A DNA stretch of 64,000 nucleotides. Origin: Mustelus asterias (taxonomy: Eukaryota). Shown one piece after another: positions 35,493-48,279 of this stretch (the stretch's first letter is position 1; each line of letters opens with the position of its first letter). Below the pieces are notes generated by a model. It searched no databases, was not told where the DNA came from, and saw nothing but the letters and a program-made list of their open reading frames with translations. Location of the stretch: positions 47,058,001 to 47,122,000 of the forward strand of contig NC_135818.1 of assembly GCF_964213995.1 (NCBI RefSeq), in the 5' to 3' direction. The translations under genes were made by a program, and so were the position numbers.

Positions 35493-36271
35493 TCATCATT
35501 CCCTCTAACACTGGCAATTCTAATCACTACTGAATCAGGAATCTGTCAATTTATTTATGATGGTGTCAAATTAATTGAAAAGCTAACTTCTGGAACATAA
35601 AATTGTTGCTAATTTTAGCAAGGGTAATAATTTTGAAAACTTGGATACATTTCCCCTGTTTTGTCTAGTTCCAATCAGGGTAGATTTTGCTCCACTGGAA
35701 TTTAACTTATAAATCTAAGAAGCAGAACCAAATATTCTCTTTTGAATAACTAAATATAGCAATACAATGGATATCCTGGGATGTGTGGACGCCAACATTT
35801 TGTTTGCCTTGGCAATTGCTGCCAGGTAATATGATATTAAAACATTTCTTAAATAGATTTTTCCACCAAGTTTTCTTCCTTTGTTCCTGTGGCTTGGTAG
35901 GTTTATGCAGAGTCCTCCAATACTTCAAGCAGTTGATCATTCTTCATGTATCAAGGTAGAAAGGGAATATCAGCTGCTAATTAAATATAAACCGCACCAC
36001 AATTTACCACAAGCTTTCCCCCACCCACAACCTTTACAATAGGAATCATTGGATAGTAATGAGAAGCAAGAATTGAAATTCATTCTCCTTGTGCCTACCC
36101 AGTTTATAATCAAATACACTGATGCTAATGTCAGCCAGTTCCTACTGCCTTCAGATGAGATCAGTAAACCCTCGGGATTGAACCTGGAAATGTTCTTGGT
36201 CTAAGTGCCGGTTTCCCCCACAATTCCCAAGAATATACCAACCATACATCACTATGGGTCGTCAATCTTAC

Positions 36272-36321
36272 CTTGTAAATACAATCATTTTCTTTATCTT
36301 GTTTCTTCTGTTTTCTTCTTC
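36272..36321 (-). CDS. TOMM20L: TOMM20-family exon 2 (RRRKQKKQDKENDCIYK)
   Basis: ttatag acceptor, AAG|GTAAGA donor, phase-compatible with exons 1 and 3; basic linker typical of Tom20. Confidence 0.88.
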
Positions 36322-36769
36322 CTATAAATTTTGAGAATCGGAATAGCCATTTAAAATCATGGAAACATGAAATGCAAAATCAAATATAATTTCTGAATTT
36401 TGAATCAGAGCACAGATGACGTTAAAGGAATTTCTTTATTAATCGCCAGAAAGGCAGGAATTTATATGATTTATATTCATTATTGGAACTGTAAAATAAA
36501 TCAACTGTGATCATTTACATCAGGGAACAATTCCAATTGCAAATTACAGCCTCACTAATTCATTTTATGTACTTTGAAGCGCATGAAGTGATCTTTAAGA
36601 TCCTTGTGATCTTTCTTAACAATGATTATAAAACTCGAGCGGCATGGTGGTTAACACTGCTGCCTTACATCGCCAGGAACATGGGTTCGGTTCCGGCCTC
36701 AGGTGACTGTGTGGAGTTTGCACGTGTCTGCATGGGTTTGCTCCAAGTGCTCTGGTTTCCTCCCACAGT

Positions 36770-37009
36770 GTTTGTACCTTTAAGACTTGATTAGCTGTAA
36801 GTATTCGCATTCCAACCATTATTCTGTAAATTGAGTTTGTGTCTTTATATGCCCTGTTTGTGAACAGAATTCCCACTCACCTGAAGAAGGAGCTTAAGGC
36901 TCCGAAAGCTTGTGGCTTTTGCTACCAAATAAACCTGTTGGACTTTAACCTGGTGTTGTTAAACTTCTTACTGTGTTTACCCCAGTCCAACGCCGGCATC
37001 TCCACATCA
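36770..37009 (+). mobile_element. Penelope-like terminal fragment (family A) inserted in a V-SINE
   Basis: 13-bp duplication TTCCTCCCACAGT (36757-36769 / 37010-37022); contains the hammerhead motif and an AATAAA. Confidence 0.75.
36877..36915 (+). ncRNA. minimal type-I hammerhead ribozyme motif in a Penelope-like terminus
   Basis: TCAC-CTGAAGA-A-GGAGC-TTAAG-GCTCC-GAAA-GCTT-GTGG: CUGANGA and GAAA cores, 5-bp stem II, stem I CAC/GTG, palindromic AAGCTT helix III. Confidence 0.72.
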
Positions 37010-40000
37010 TTCCTCCCACAGTTCACAGATGTGCAGGTTAGGTGGATTGGCCATGCTAAATTGCCCTGAGTGCGTAGGTTAAGTGGATTAGCTATGGTGG
37101 TTGTGCTGGGTTGCGGGGATAGGGCAGGCCTGGGTGGGATATTCTTCGGAGGGTCAGTGCAGACTCAATGGGCTGAATAGCCTCCTTCTGCACTGTAGAG
37201 ATGCTATGATTCTAAGGAATAATTGTAGCATAGCTGGCAAGACAATATTCAATATATCTTGTTCAGAGCATCCCAACAATGCAGAAGCAGGCTACTCTTC
37301 AACTATTCTTATCTACGAAAGAAAGATATTTCTTATCTGAACAAACTTGTTTTTTAATAATCAGAAAGGATATGTTGGCTTTTGGCCTCAACAGTAAATC
37401 AAAACATCCCAGAATTTTGGTTCAATTGTCCATTAAAATTTAACTACGTGGTTATCTAAAAGCACACTGTTTCATTATGGTTCTAATGATTAAACAATAT
37501 ACACTTTGCCCTTAAACAAATATGGATTATTTTATTGCCAGTTCAAGATTACAAGGTTTCATTTAATATTGAAATCGGAGCTGAAAAGATATTTGTTTCC
37601 TTAGGTTAGACAGAAAATTATTCAATATTCAGCCAAATGAAAAATTGGATGGCAAATAAGTCTTAAGAGGGAATAAAGGAATATGTCAATGCACCACTTC
37701 ATGTTTTGTAGTCTTTGGTGATCTGGTATTTATAATTACCAATTAACTTCTACAGTTCTATTGTTTTGACGTGTAATTTAGTTTTAAAAGGTTTACTGGT
37801 AATTGTCTTTTTAAAAACAACCACTTGCATAGACCTCCTTGGTACATGCAACGTTATGTATTAAATTGCACCAGAATGTAGATCTCAAAGTGAAAATGGA
37901 CATGATACCACTTTTTTTTCCATTGAGAGAAATCCCAGATCTCCTATTGAAAAATAAACTCACACAACTTCCTGATCTACTGAATGAAATCAAAATAAGC
38001 TTATTTTAGTGTCCCTCCTAGCCCTGCACTGACAATAATCCACAATAACAATGGTTATGTTACACAAGGAAAGGTCTGTTGCGAATATAAAACTTCAGTA
38101 CTGCCACAAGCTGACATACTCCAGAGATAGTCAAAAAATGTTATCAGCATACCACCAAGGGCTCATTCTCAATTTACATTTTACACTATGGGCTTGATAG
38201 CTTTTAAACTGAGTTCTGCAGTTGAGTAGTAATAGTCAATTAAAATCTATCAAAATTATGACAATTGTCTTGACTTCTTTTAAAACTTCAACACTGATAT
38301 AACATAATTATATTGGAAGTTACTGTGTATTGTAGCAGGTTACATATTCTCATCTATATTTGCCAACCTTGAGCAACAAGGAAAAGGAAAAGATGGGAAC
38401 TGAAAAAGATAGGAAGAAACGTAAGTTGACAAATTACTCTCTGGTTGATCAGAGAAATTAAAGATAGTATCAAAGGAATCTTAACTTTCTCACCTTAACC
38501 TTCTGAACAAGAGAATACCACACAACATGGGGAAACAGAGAGGAGCTTAAAAAGATGGAAAATGGGACAGAAGGGAATTTTAGTTTTATTTATAAAAAAA
38601 TACACAGGGGCCCCACTATAACATGGTCTGCTACAGCATGGAACTGAGTATAATATGGATCCCTCTTGGACCCCAAAATTTTAAGTATTTGTCCAGTCTG
38701 GTATTAGAGTCTTCCTGAAGACTTCTATATAAGTAACTAAACTCTGCTTAGGTAGCAAAGGCATTTCAGCTGACCTCAGCACTACTGTGTTAGGAAAGAG
38801 GCAAACATGCCAGTGCTGCTGCTGGCTGTCCAATAATTCCTGCTGGATAGTGTATACATATGTAAGCCCAAGTTCTAAGCACCAACAAAAGACACAGCTT
38901 TGAGTGGGCCCAATGCGTACACATCTTATTGGCCTAGGAGAAAGGCTAATTGATCTCAGAAACAAAAATACCCGTACCTTTATATGAAACCAGATGTGTT
39001 TCTCACCAAATACATTGTAACATGATCTCGAGATATGGATCCCATGAGCCACATTATAGCGGGATCTCAGTGCAAGTCAAACGTTAAGAGTTGAACATTG
39101 AATATATAACACAAATATTACTCAGATATGCTTTCCTTTACTGAACAGAGCCTCTCCACTTGCATCTTCATGTGTACAGATCATTCTGAGAAATATAATC
39201 AGAGTAATTATGCTATGATTCAATCTGCAACTTAACACTATTATATAAAAGTTGATCAAAAATCAAGATTCAAGTATTACAGGTACTTCTGAAACAAAGG
39301 CCAATCGATCAAATCATCCTGTGAAACTTGTTTCACTTTACCTTAGTCCTGTAACCACGTACTCACTAAGATTAACCAATCTGAAGCATTCTTTGATGGT
39401 TCCATCATCTCATTGGAGAATGCAACAAGTAAGAGAACAAGAACTTATTGAAAATAAGAACAGTTATTGTTTCATAACTCAATTTCAATTTAAAATGCAT
39501 CACCATGAAGCAAAATGCTCATCAGTTGGATGCAGAGTCCTACATGGTTCCATAAAAGACAAATTACAATCACAAACTTTATTGATTTATGTCAAGATTT
39601 TGGATGCCTCCTTCCCGAATGAGGACATTTAACATCAAGGCATAGTCTTGAAAATTCAGGTGATTTCAAGTGAATTTGGACATAAATGTTGGCTCACTTT
39701 TCTTTATGACTCAAAATACCAGATAGTGCCCCTGTACAGAATCCATGGTGTGGATAGACACTTCCTCCCTCCTTCACTGAGATGTGGGGAGTTAGGATTA
39801 AAAGCAATGACCTTTGTACAACTCAACCTAAACACAGAGAAGAGCCGAATGTAAAGACTCATCTTATAAAATCATCAGGAGACTAAAAACTGCATTACAA
39901 CTACATCCCCCAATTTAATTATTAAGTGTACATGAAATATTTTGCCAGGCACCTGGTACACCACCCAAAGTGTTCTTAACCCCATAGATCAATATTTTCT

Positions 40001-40601
40001 CAATTTAAATCCCTGATTCCTATTGAGTTAGATTATTCCAGTGAAAAATCTAGAAGCCCTACTAGAAATTAGACATTCTGTATCAACGCTAACTTTCTGA
40101 ACCTCTCCACTTCCTTGATGTTGTCAGACTGCTTGTCCCGATGTTCAGTCCAGGTTGAGCCACAAATTCTTTCAATTAAACATCAGAAATATTGAAGATA
40201 TTATCTTGTCTCATGTCACAAATTCCATCCCATCACCACCAATTCCAGCCTCTACCCATCCCAATGCCTTACGTTGAACCATTCTGTTTGCAACTTCGAT
40301 GTCCTATTTGATCCCATGCTGAGCTTCCAAGCCCACATGTTCTCCATCACAAAGATTGCCTACTTCCACCACCATAATATTACACACCTGCAAGTGAAAC
40401 CCTCATCATCCACGCTTTTATCTCAAAACCCACCTTCCGCTCTCCACAAACGAACTGATGCAAACTCTGCTGCCCATATCTAAACACACGCTGCAAATTC
40501 CATTCACCTATCACCCGCAGCTTGTTCACCTACATTATCTGCTGGTTGATCAAAACATTGATTTTAAAATGTTCACCTGTGTATTCAAATTCCTCTGAAT
40601 A

Positions 40602-40937
40602 TCATAGAATCACTACTGTGCAGAAGGAGGCCATTCACCCCCATTGAGTCTGCACTAACAACAATCCCACCTAGGCCCTATCCCTGTCGCTTCACATATT
40701 TACCCCGCTAATCCCTCAAACCTACGTATCCTGGGACACTAAGGGGCAATTTAGCATGGCCAATCCACCTAAACCGCACATCTTTGGACGGTGGGAGGAA
40801 ACCAGAACACCCGGAGGAAATCCACACAGGCATGGAAAGAATGTGCAAACTCCGCACATACAGTGATCCAAGGCCAGAAATAAATGCAGATCCCTGGCAC
40901 TGTGAGGCAGCAATGATGACCACTGTGCCACCGTGCC
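40602..40937 (-). mobile_element. HE1/V-SINE, tail type 2
   Basis: Same architecture, in TOMM20L intron 1. Confidence 0.8.
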
Positions 40938-42316
40938 ACGCTCTAACTGGATTACTCCTTGAAAGAACTGATACTGACTCGATAGGTCAAATGCCCTCCT
41001 TCTGTGTTGTATAATTTATTGATTTAGCTGTAAAATTCTAATTCTAAATACTGTCTAATAAGTCATATTTTGTAGCAAGTTTGAGAAATTTGTTGCAAAA
41101 TTATCTATTTTAGAATGGTTCCTACCTGCAGAAGATACTAAAAAATTAAATGTCTAATTTGGCTCGGAAAATAACTTAGTATCACTCAGAATTGTTTACT
41201 ACATTTGATCTGTAAAATATTTCAACTGACAACGTACTCCACAATTTTTATCATCAGTAATGTAACAATCTTGCCCCTGGCCCAACCTCGACCCACCATT
41301 TGTCATGTAATCATACTGGTCTGCTCGATTCAGGGTTTTAAACTCCTAACAGCAGAGAGTAATCCCTCTGCTTTACTTCATTTTTCAATGCAGGAGGGCA
41401 GCTACAGAAAACTACAGAAATATTTTTCAGATTAACTGGATTTTGCCATAACCAATTGGAATTGCTTGTTTTATGAAATAAGATGCAGATAGTTGAATTT
41501 AATTCACTTGTGTCACCAACACTGCATTGGGTTATCTCTAGAGATATTTTTATGGGAATTTACAGTTACCACCAACTCATCCAAACTCTACACAATTTTA
41601 ATTGAATCATTCACCACACATATTGCCATGACATGTTATCCACTTTGTGTGGGCAGATTGTGTGTTCATTAGACAGATGTTTTAATCAGCAAGGAAATCA
41701 AGGGTTATGGGGATAAAGCAGGAAAGTGGGGTTGAGGATTATCACAGCACATCTCACTCAATGGCCTAGATTAATGCCCTACTTTTACTCGTGGTCTACA
41801 CTGGTCCTTGGGTTGTGTTATTCCTTGCAATACACTCTGGCACAACAATTATTCGATAGTCAACAAATGCTTATTGTACAAACACAATACTACTGCAGAT
41901 GCTGGAAATCTGAAATAAGCACAGAAAATGCTGTAAATATTCAGCAGCGCAGGCAGCATCTGTGAAGAAATACTTAGACAATCATAGTTTTAGAACCAGC
42001 CGAAACTCACGTTATAAAGCAGATTGTGCTGCAAGAAGGATGCTTTTATTCCAGTTCAGACCCACGTTCTTTAGAGCAGCTGCACTCTCCTGTAATTTAG
42101 CAAGTTCATCCACGCTGGAAAATCAACTGAGGAAACGATGCCGGGGCCCCCGAGGGGGTGTCAGTTATTCTAAATAAATTACATATATTTCTGTAACTGA
42201 GCAGCCTCCATCCTAAATGCAATGTTTGTAGTTTGTTGGTGAACAGGACACAACCACCTGCGGTTAACACAAACATCCATTTGTCGCTGGTAACTGGGAG
42301 ACGCTGAGTGACTTAC

Positions 42317-42443
42317 TTTCGCGCAACTTTGCTCTGAAATCGGGGGCGCTTCTTCTTTTTCTGTCAAAATATATACAATAGCCGATGAAGGCTGCTCCAA
42401 AGACCCCAGCCACGATGGCCCCTGTCTTACCGACCAGCAGCAT
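42317..42443 (-). CDS. TOMM20L: TOMM20-family gene exon 1 (MLLVGKTGAIVAGVFGAAFIGYCIYFDRKRRSAPDFRAKLRE)
   Basis: Tom20 anchor motif GYCIYFDRKRRS; donor A|GTAAGT. The symbol is assigned by position between ARID4A and TIMM9. Confidence 0.9.
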
Positions 42444-42610
42444 TTCTGCCCGCTGTCAGCTCCAGCTGCAGGCCCCAGCCCGGCCGCCCGACCCGAGCCA
42501 ATCCGGAAGTGGAACCCCGCCCCACCCCCAACTTCCGCCACCACATACTGGCAACAAGTGTGAGTTAGAGAACGCGGGCGGGCGCCATCTTTCTGACTGG
42601 AACAATCTCA
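42444..42610 (-). promoter_or_regulatory. CpG-island promoter of the TOMM20-family gene
   Basis: CCAAT 42498-42502, ETS/GABP-type CCGGAAGTG 42503-42511 and ACTTCCG 42531-42537, GC box 42515-42523, YY1-type CGCCATCTT 42583-42591. Confidence 0.7.
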
Positions 42611-42769
42611 GGGTTCATAGGATGGTTCCATCTCTCTGACTCTCTCAAGGTACCATATCCTAAGAGAAGGTTGGCATGGTGCTAGAGTGATATCATAGAA
42701 TCCCTACAATGCAGAAGGAGGCCATTCAGCCCATTGAACCTGCACCGACAACACTCCCACTCAGGTCTT

Positions 42770-44715
42770 ATAAGAACTAGGAGCAGGAGTAGGCCACCTG
42801 GCCCCTCAAGCCTGCTCCGTTATTCAATAAGATCACGGCTGATCTTTTTGTGGACTCAGCTCCATTTACCCACCCGCTCACCTTAACCCTTAATTCCTTT
42901 ACTGTTCAAAAATTTATCCATCCTTGCGTTAAAAACATTCAATGAGGTAGCCTCAACTGCTTCACTGGGCAGGGAATTCCACAGATTCACAACCCTTTGT
43001 GTGAAGAAGTTCCTCCTCAACTCAGTCCTAAATCTGCTTCCCCTTATTTTGAGGCTATGCCCCCTAATTCTAGTTTCACCCGCCAGTGGAAACAACTTCC
43101 CTGCTTCTACCTTATCTCTTTAAAATTCTTATATGTTTCTATATGATCTCCCCTCATTCTTCTGAATTCCAATGAGTATAGCCCCAGTCTACTCAGTCTC
43201 TCCTCATAAGCCAACCTTCTCAACTCCGGAATCAACCTAGTGAATCTCCTCTGCACCCCCTCCAGTGCCAGTATATCCTTTCCAAAGTAAGGAGACCAAA
43301 ACTACACATGAATTCAAGGTGTGGCCTCATCAGCACCTTATACAGCTACAACATAACCTCGCTGTTTTTAAAGTCCATCCCTCTATCAATGAAGGACAAA
43401 ATTCCATTTGCCTTCTTAATTACCTGTTGCATCTGCAAACCAACTCCTTGAGATTCCTGCACAAGGACACCCAGGTCCCTTTGCACAGCAGCATGCTGCA
43501 ATTTTTTTACCATTTAAATAATAGTCCATTTTTCTGTTATTCCTACCAAAATCGATGACCTCACATTTACCACCATTGTACTCCATCTGTCAGACCCTCG
43601 CCCACTCACTTAGACTATCAAAACCCTTTGCAGACTTCCAGCGTCCTCTGCACACTTTCAGCGTCCTCTGCACACTTTGCTCTGCCACCCATCTCAGTGT
43701 CATCTGCAAATTTTGACACACTACACTTGATCCCCAACTCCAAATCATCTATGTAAATCATAAACAATTGCGGTCCCAACACTGATCCCTGAGGCACACC
43801 ACGAGTCACTGATCGCCAACCAGAAAAACACCCATTTACCCCCACTCTTTGCTTTCTGTTAGTTAACCAATCCTCTATGTTAATACATTACCCATAACAC
43901 CATGCACCTTTATCTTATGTAGCAGTCTTTGGTGCGGCACCTTGCCAAATGCCTTCTGGAAATCCAGATACACCACATCCACAGGTTCCCCATTGTCCAC
44001 TGCACATGTAATGTTCTCAAATAATTCACCAAATTAGTCAAACATAACCTTCCCTTCATGGACCCATGCTGCGTCTTACCAATGGGACAATTTATATCCA
44101 GATGTCTCGCTATTTCTTCGTTGATGATAGATTCAAGCATTTTCCCTACTACAGAAGTTAAGCTAACCAGCCTATAGTTACCTGCCTTTTGTCTACCTCC
44201 TTTTTTAAACAGTGGCGTCACATTTGCTGTTTTCCAATCTGCGGGAACCACCCCAGAGTCCAGCGAATTTTGGTAAATTACCACTAGTGCATTTGCTATT
44301 TCTCCCGCCATCTCTTTTAGTACCCTGGGACGCATTCCATCAGGACCAGGAGACTTGTCTACCTTTAGCCCCATTAACTTGCCCAACACTACCTCTTTCG
44401 TGATAATGATAGATTCTAGGTCCTCACCTGCCATAGCCTTCCTGTCATCAATTTTTGGCATGTTATTTGTGTCTTCCACTGTGAAGACCGACACAAAATA
44501 CCTGTTCAATGCCTCAGCCATTTTCTCGTTTCCAGTTATTACATCCCCCTTCTCATCCTCTAAAGGACCAATGTTTACTTTAGCCACTCTTTCTCATTTT
44601 ATATATTTGTAGAAACGTTTGCTATCTGTTTTTATATTCTGAGCTAGTTTACTCTCATAATCCATCTTATTTTTCTTTTTAGCTTTTTTCGTGGCTTTCT
44701 GCTGACCTTTAAAGA
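42770..44715 (-). mobile_element. CR1 LINE 3' 2 kb (RT) inserted in a SINE tail
   Basis: ORFs KVDKSPGPDGMRPRVLKE, GVPQGSVLGPQLFMIYIDDL..SKFADDT and RRNFFTQRVVNLWNSL. Confidence 0.93.
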
Positions 44716-44759
44716 CCCATAATCCCACATATTCATCCTGCTAGTCCCCCTGACACTGA

Positions 44760-45064
44760 CTCTCTGATAGAGTACCTTACTCAGCCCCTCTTCCCCGCTC
44801 TATACCCATAACTTCACACATTTACCATGGGTAATCCATCTCACCTACACATTTTGGGACACTCAGGGGCAATTTAGCATGGCCAATCCACCTAACCCGC
44901 ATATCTTTGGACTGTGGGAGGAAACCAGAGCACCCAGTGGAAACCCATACAGACACGGGGAGAATGTGCAAACTCCACATGGACAGTCACCCAAGGCTGG
45001 AATTAAACCTGAGTCCCTGGTGCTGGGAGACAGCAGTGCTAACTAGTATGCCACCATGCCGCCC
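44760..45064 (-). mobile_element. HE1/V-SINE, tail type 2
   Basis: Same architecture, adjacent to the CR1 insertion. Confidence 0.75.
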
Positions 45065-47334
45065 AAATGATGTCTCCTTTTGCAGGTGGTTGACCAGGAA
45101 TCTCTCTCACTCTTACCACTAGCCACAGAGGTATTGGAAGGATTTATAGCCCTGCTCACCACGTTAGAAACGCATCTTCCTTGGCCACTGTGTCTTGGAG
45201 TGGGACTTGAACCTGGAGCTTCTGGCTCAGAGGCAGGGACACTACCCACTGCAACAAAAGACCACCCCCACAGGATCATTAGGAACTAGAAATCCCAAGT
45301 CAACAAACTCGTCCAAAACTCAATTGTCTGCAATATCCTGTACTATTTGCAGCAGAACCTTCCAGGCACAGATCGGCTATGTACCCATCTGAACCCTAGC
45401 AAACCCCCCAGACAATGAACATGGGCATCTTCACCCCAAAGGATGAACAAGAACAGGAATGAGGAAAGCCAGTCAGGCCATCTGGATTGATCACTCCCAA
45501 GGATTCCTGGGACCTTCCCCATTCCAGCTTCGGGTCATTCTCAAGAGCAACAGGACAGGCTAACACAGCTCTACTTTAATTGCAAATTGTGTGGTAGTAC
45601 TGCCTCAATTCCAAACTCAATTTGCTTTCCAAAGCCCTTGTTACCTCGCAAACCTCTCTTTCCCAAAACCCCATGTTTGAATCCCTCCAATCAGGTTTCT
45701 GACCACCGTCCTTCACGAGCACAGTACCAAAACATCCCATCAAAGTTACAATGGCATTTTATGTGACTGTAACAAAGACAGACTATTCCTTTTTGACCTC
45801 TCTGCAGCCTTCCACAAAGTTGAACTCACCATCATCCTCTAACAACACTCCACTATCATCTATATGGATGGGACTGCATTTGCCTGATTTCATCTGTACT
45901 TATCTTTTGGAGCCAGAATATCACCTGCAATGGTTTCTAATCCTGCTGTTTAACCATTACCTCTTGTGTCCCACAATTATCTATCCTTGATCATATGAAA
46001 TAGAGCACAAGTTTGCCATTTGCCCCCTCGAGCCTGCCCTGACATTCAGTGAGGTCATGGCTGATCTGATTGTGGCCTTAACTCAACTTTCCTGTCTGCT
46101 GACCATAACCCTTGGCTCTCTTATAGATCAAAAATTCTGTCTAACTCAGCCCTGAATATATTCAATGATCCTGCCTCCACTGTCTCTGGGGAAGAGAATT
46201 CCAAAGACTAACGACTCTCAGAGGAGAAATTCCTCCTAATCTCGGTCTTAAATGGATGACCTCTTATTTTTATGCTGTGCCCCCTAGTTCAAGATTCCTC
46301 TACAATGGGAAAGATCATCTCAGCATCTACCATGTCAAGCCCCCTCAGAATTTTCAATGAGTTTCAATAAGCTCATCTCTCTTCTGAATGAGTATACTCC
46401 CAAGCTGCACAATCTTTCCTCATAAGACAACCACTTCATCCCAGGAAACAGACTAGTGAACATTGGAGACCAAAACTGTACACAGTACTCTAGCTGCAGT
46501 CTCACCAATGCCCTGTACAGTTGTAGCAAGACTTTCCTACTTTTATACTCCATACCCCTTAAAATAGAGGCCAAAATGCCATTTGCCTTCTGTCACAGAA
46601 AGAATTTACATTTTCCCTTCTATTCCCATGATCAATATGTTTGTATGTAAAAGATATGTGTTTTCTTCCCCTCAGACTGATTGCCTAATTTAAATAATTA
46701 CAACTAGAGGAAGCTTTTGTGAGTTTTTAGAGAAAGGATATCTGTTATCACACACTTGCCCCAAATGGTTAAAACACGTCTTACTCACACACACAAAGAT
46801 TAGATACAGATTAAGGTAAACCAATACAATTACCATTTACGGTTCTCTCAGTCGCTTTCATGACAGGCCTGCTATTTCTGAGATGAGTCAAATTTTATCT
46901 TAAGTGAAAGCCTTGTAAAGCAGAGGATTCTCAGTAAGCTGGAGGCTTCTTGCAGTTGAATTTCCAGAAGGTTGGTTCGCAGGCGAACTTGGAATTGGAA
47001 CAGATTTGGGGAGCCTTTCTCCCATTTTCACTTTTGCTGTTTATTGCCTCGGCTGCTTAGATGGAACTCCGTCTGCAGAACAGCTACTTGTTATTTTAAA
47101 AGCAGACAACAAAATAGTTTATTCACCATGTGCCTTGTACAAATTCAAAGTCCTTTTTCTAAAAAAAAAGGGTGGTGTGTTGATTACACATCTTGTGTTG
47201 TCCTTGTGACACCTTGAAATTCACCTAGTCTAGTTTGGACGAGGAACAATTATAATGTAATGGAAGGTCAATGGGATCCATTCACATTCGGTTAACACAC
47301 ATCGAGTTTCAGTTTGTTTATGTCAATGCAAAGA

Positions 47335-47668
47335 TCATAGAGTGCCTACAGTGCAGAAAGAGGCCATTTGGCCCATCAAGTCTACGCCAACTCTCTGACA
47401 GAGTATCTTACCCAGGCCCTTTCCCCCAGCCTATCCCCATAACTCCACGCATTTACCATGGCTAATACATCTAACCTACACATTTTGGGACACTAAGGGG
47501 CAATTTAGCATGGTCAATCCACCTAACCTACACATCTTTGGACTGTGAAAGGAAGCCCATGCAGATATGGGGAGAACATACAAACTCCACACAGGCAATC
47601 ACCCAGGGCAGAATTGAACCTGAGTCACTGCGCTGTGAGGCAGGAGTGCTAACCACTGTGCCACCATG
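47335..47668 (-). mobile_element. HE1/V-SINE, tail type 2
   Basis: Same architecture. Confidence 0.78.
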
Positions 47669-48279
47669 CAAGGTTAATGCCAGTGGCAGTAGGAAGCGAC
47701 CCTTAAGGCAGCTAGGCAGGACTGCTATCCATGGGCCTTCCACCACAGACATAACAGTCATCGTCCTACCTGATTAGATGCCCTCCCCACCTCCAAACTC
47801 ACCACGGTGGTGAGCATAAATTACCAGCCAATGAGAGAGGGGTATGGGATGTCCAAACTATGTAACCACTTTGAGAGCCTCCTCTTGCATTGAGAAGTAT
47901 ACCCTTTGCTCAGTGATATTATGGATCAGTAGATGGAACAAGATATGACTCCCCATTCTAATGAGTTGGGCTGATTTAAAACAAAAGATGGACATTTTAA
48001 TCGGACATGACTCTTTCTCATACCACATTTCATGGGCATTGGTGGTAATACAATGATTCTCAACTGGAAATATACATATCCGGCACGTTTTTTTCCTGCA
48101 CTTCCGAATCATGTCACATGTGGATGAATCCTGATCCAATTTAAACTACAAGCTGCCTTCCCAGGATTCTTAACATCATATGAACACAATTAAACTCCTC
48201 TTTCTGAACAACACTCCACTTTAAAGCTGTCCTGTGAGTAGTTTTGGCTGATTAGAATAGTTGGGGGAGAAGCACATAG

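Larger units (their letters stand above)
36638..37212 (+). mobile_element. HE1/V-SINE, tail type 2 (hosts a family A insert)
   Basis: Head, split V-domain, tail GGGCTGAATAGCCTCCTTCTGCACTGTAG. Confidence 0.85.

Noticed and set aside
42179-42639. ORFs of 121 aa (minus) and 84 aa (plus) in the CpG island
   Set aside because: Alternative frames over the real TOMM20-family exon 1.
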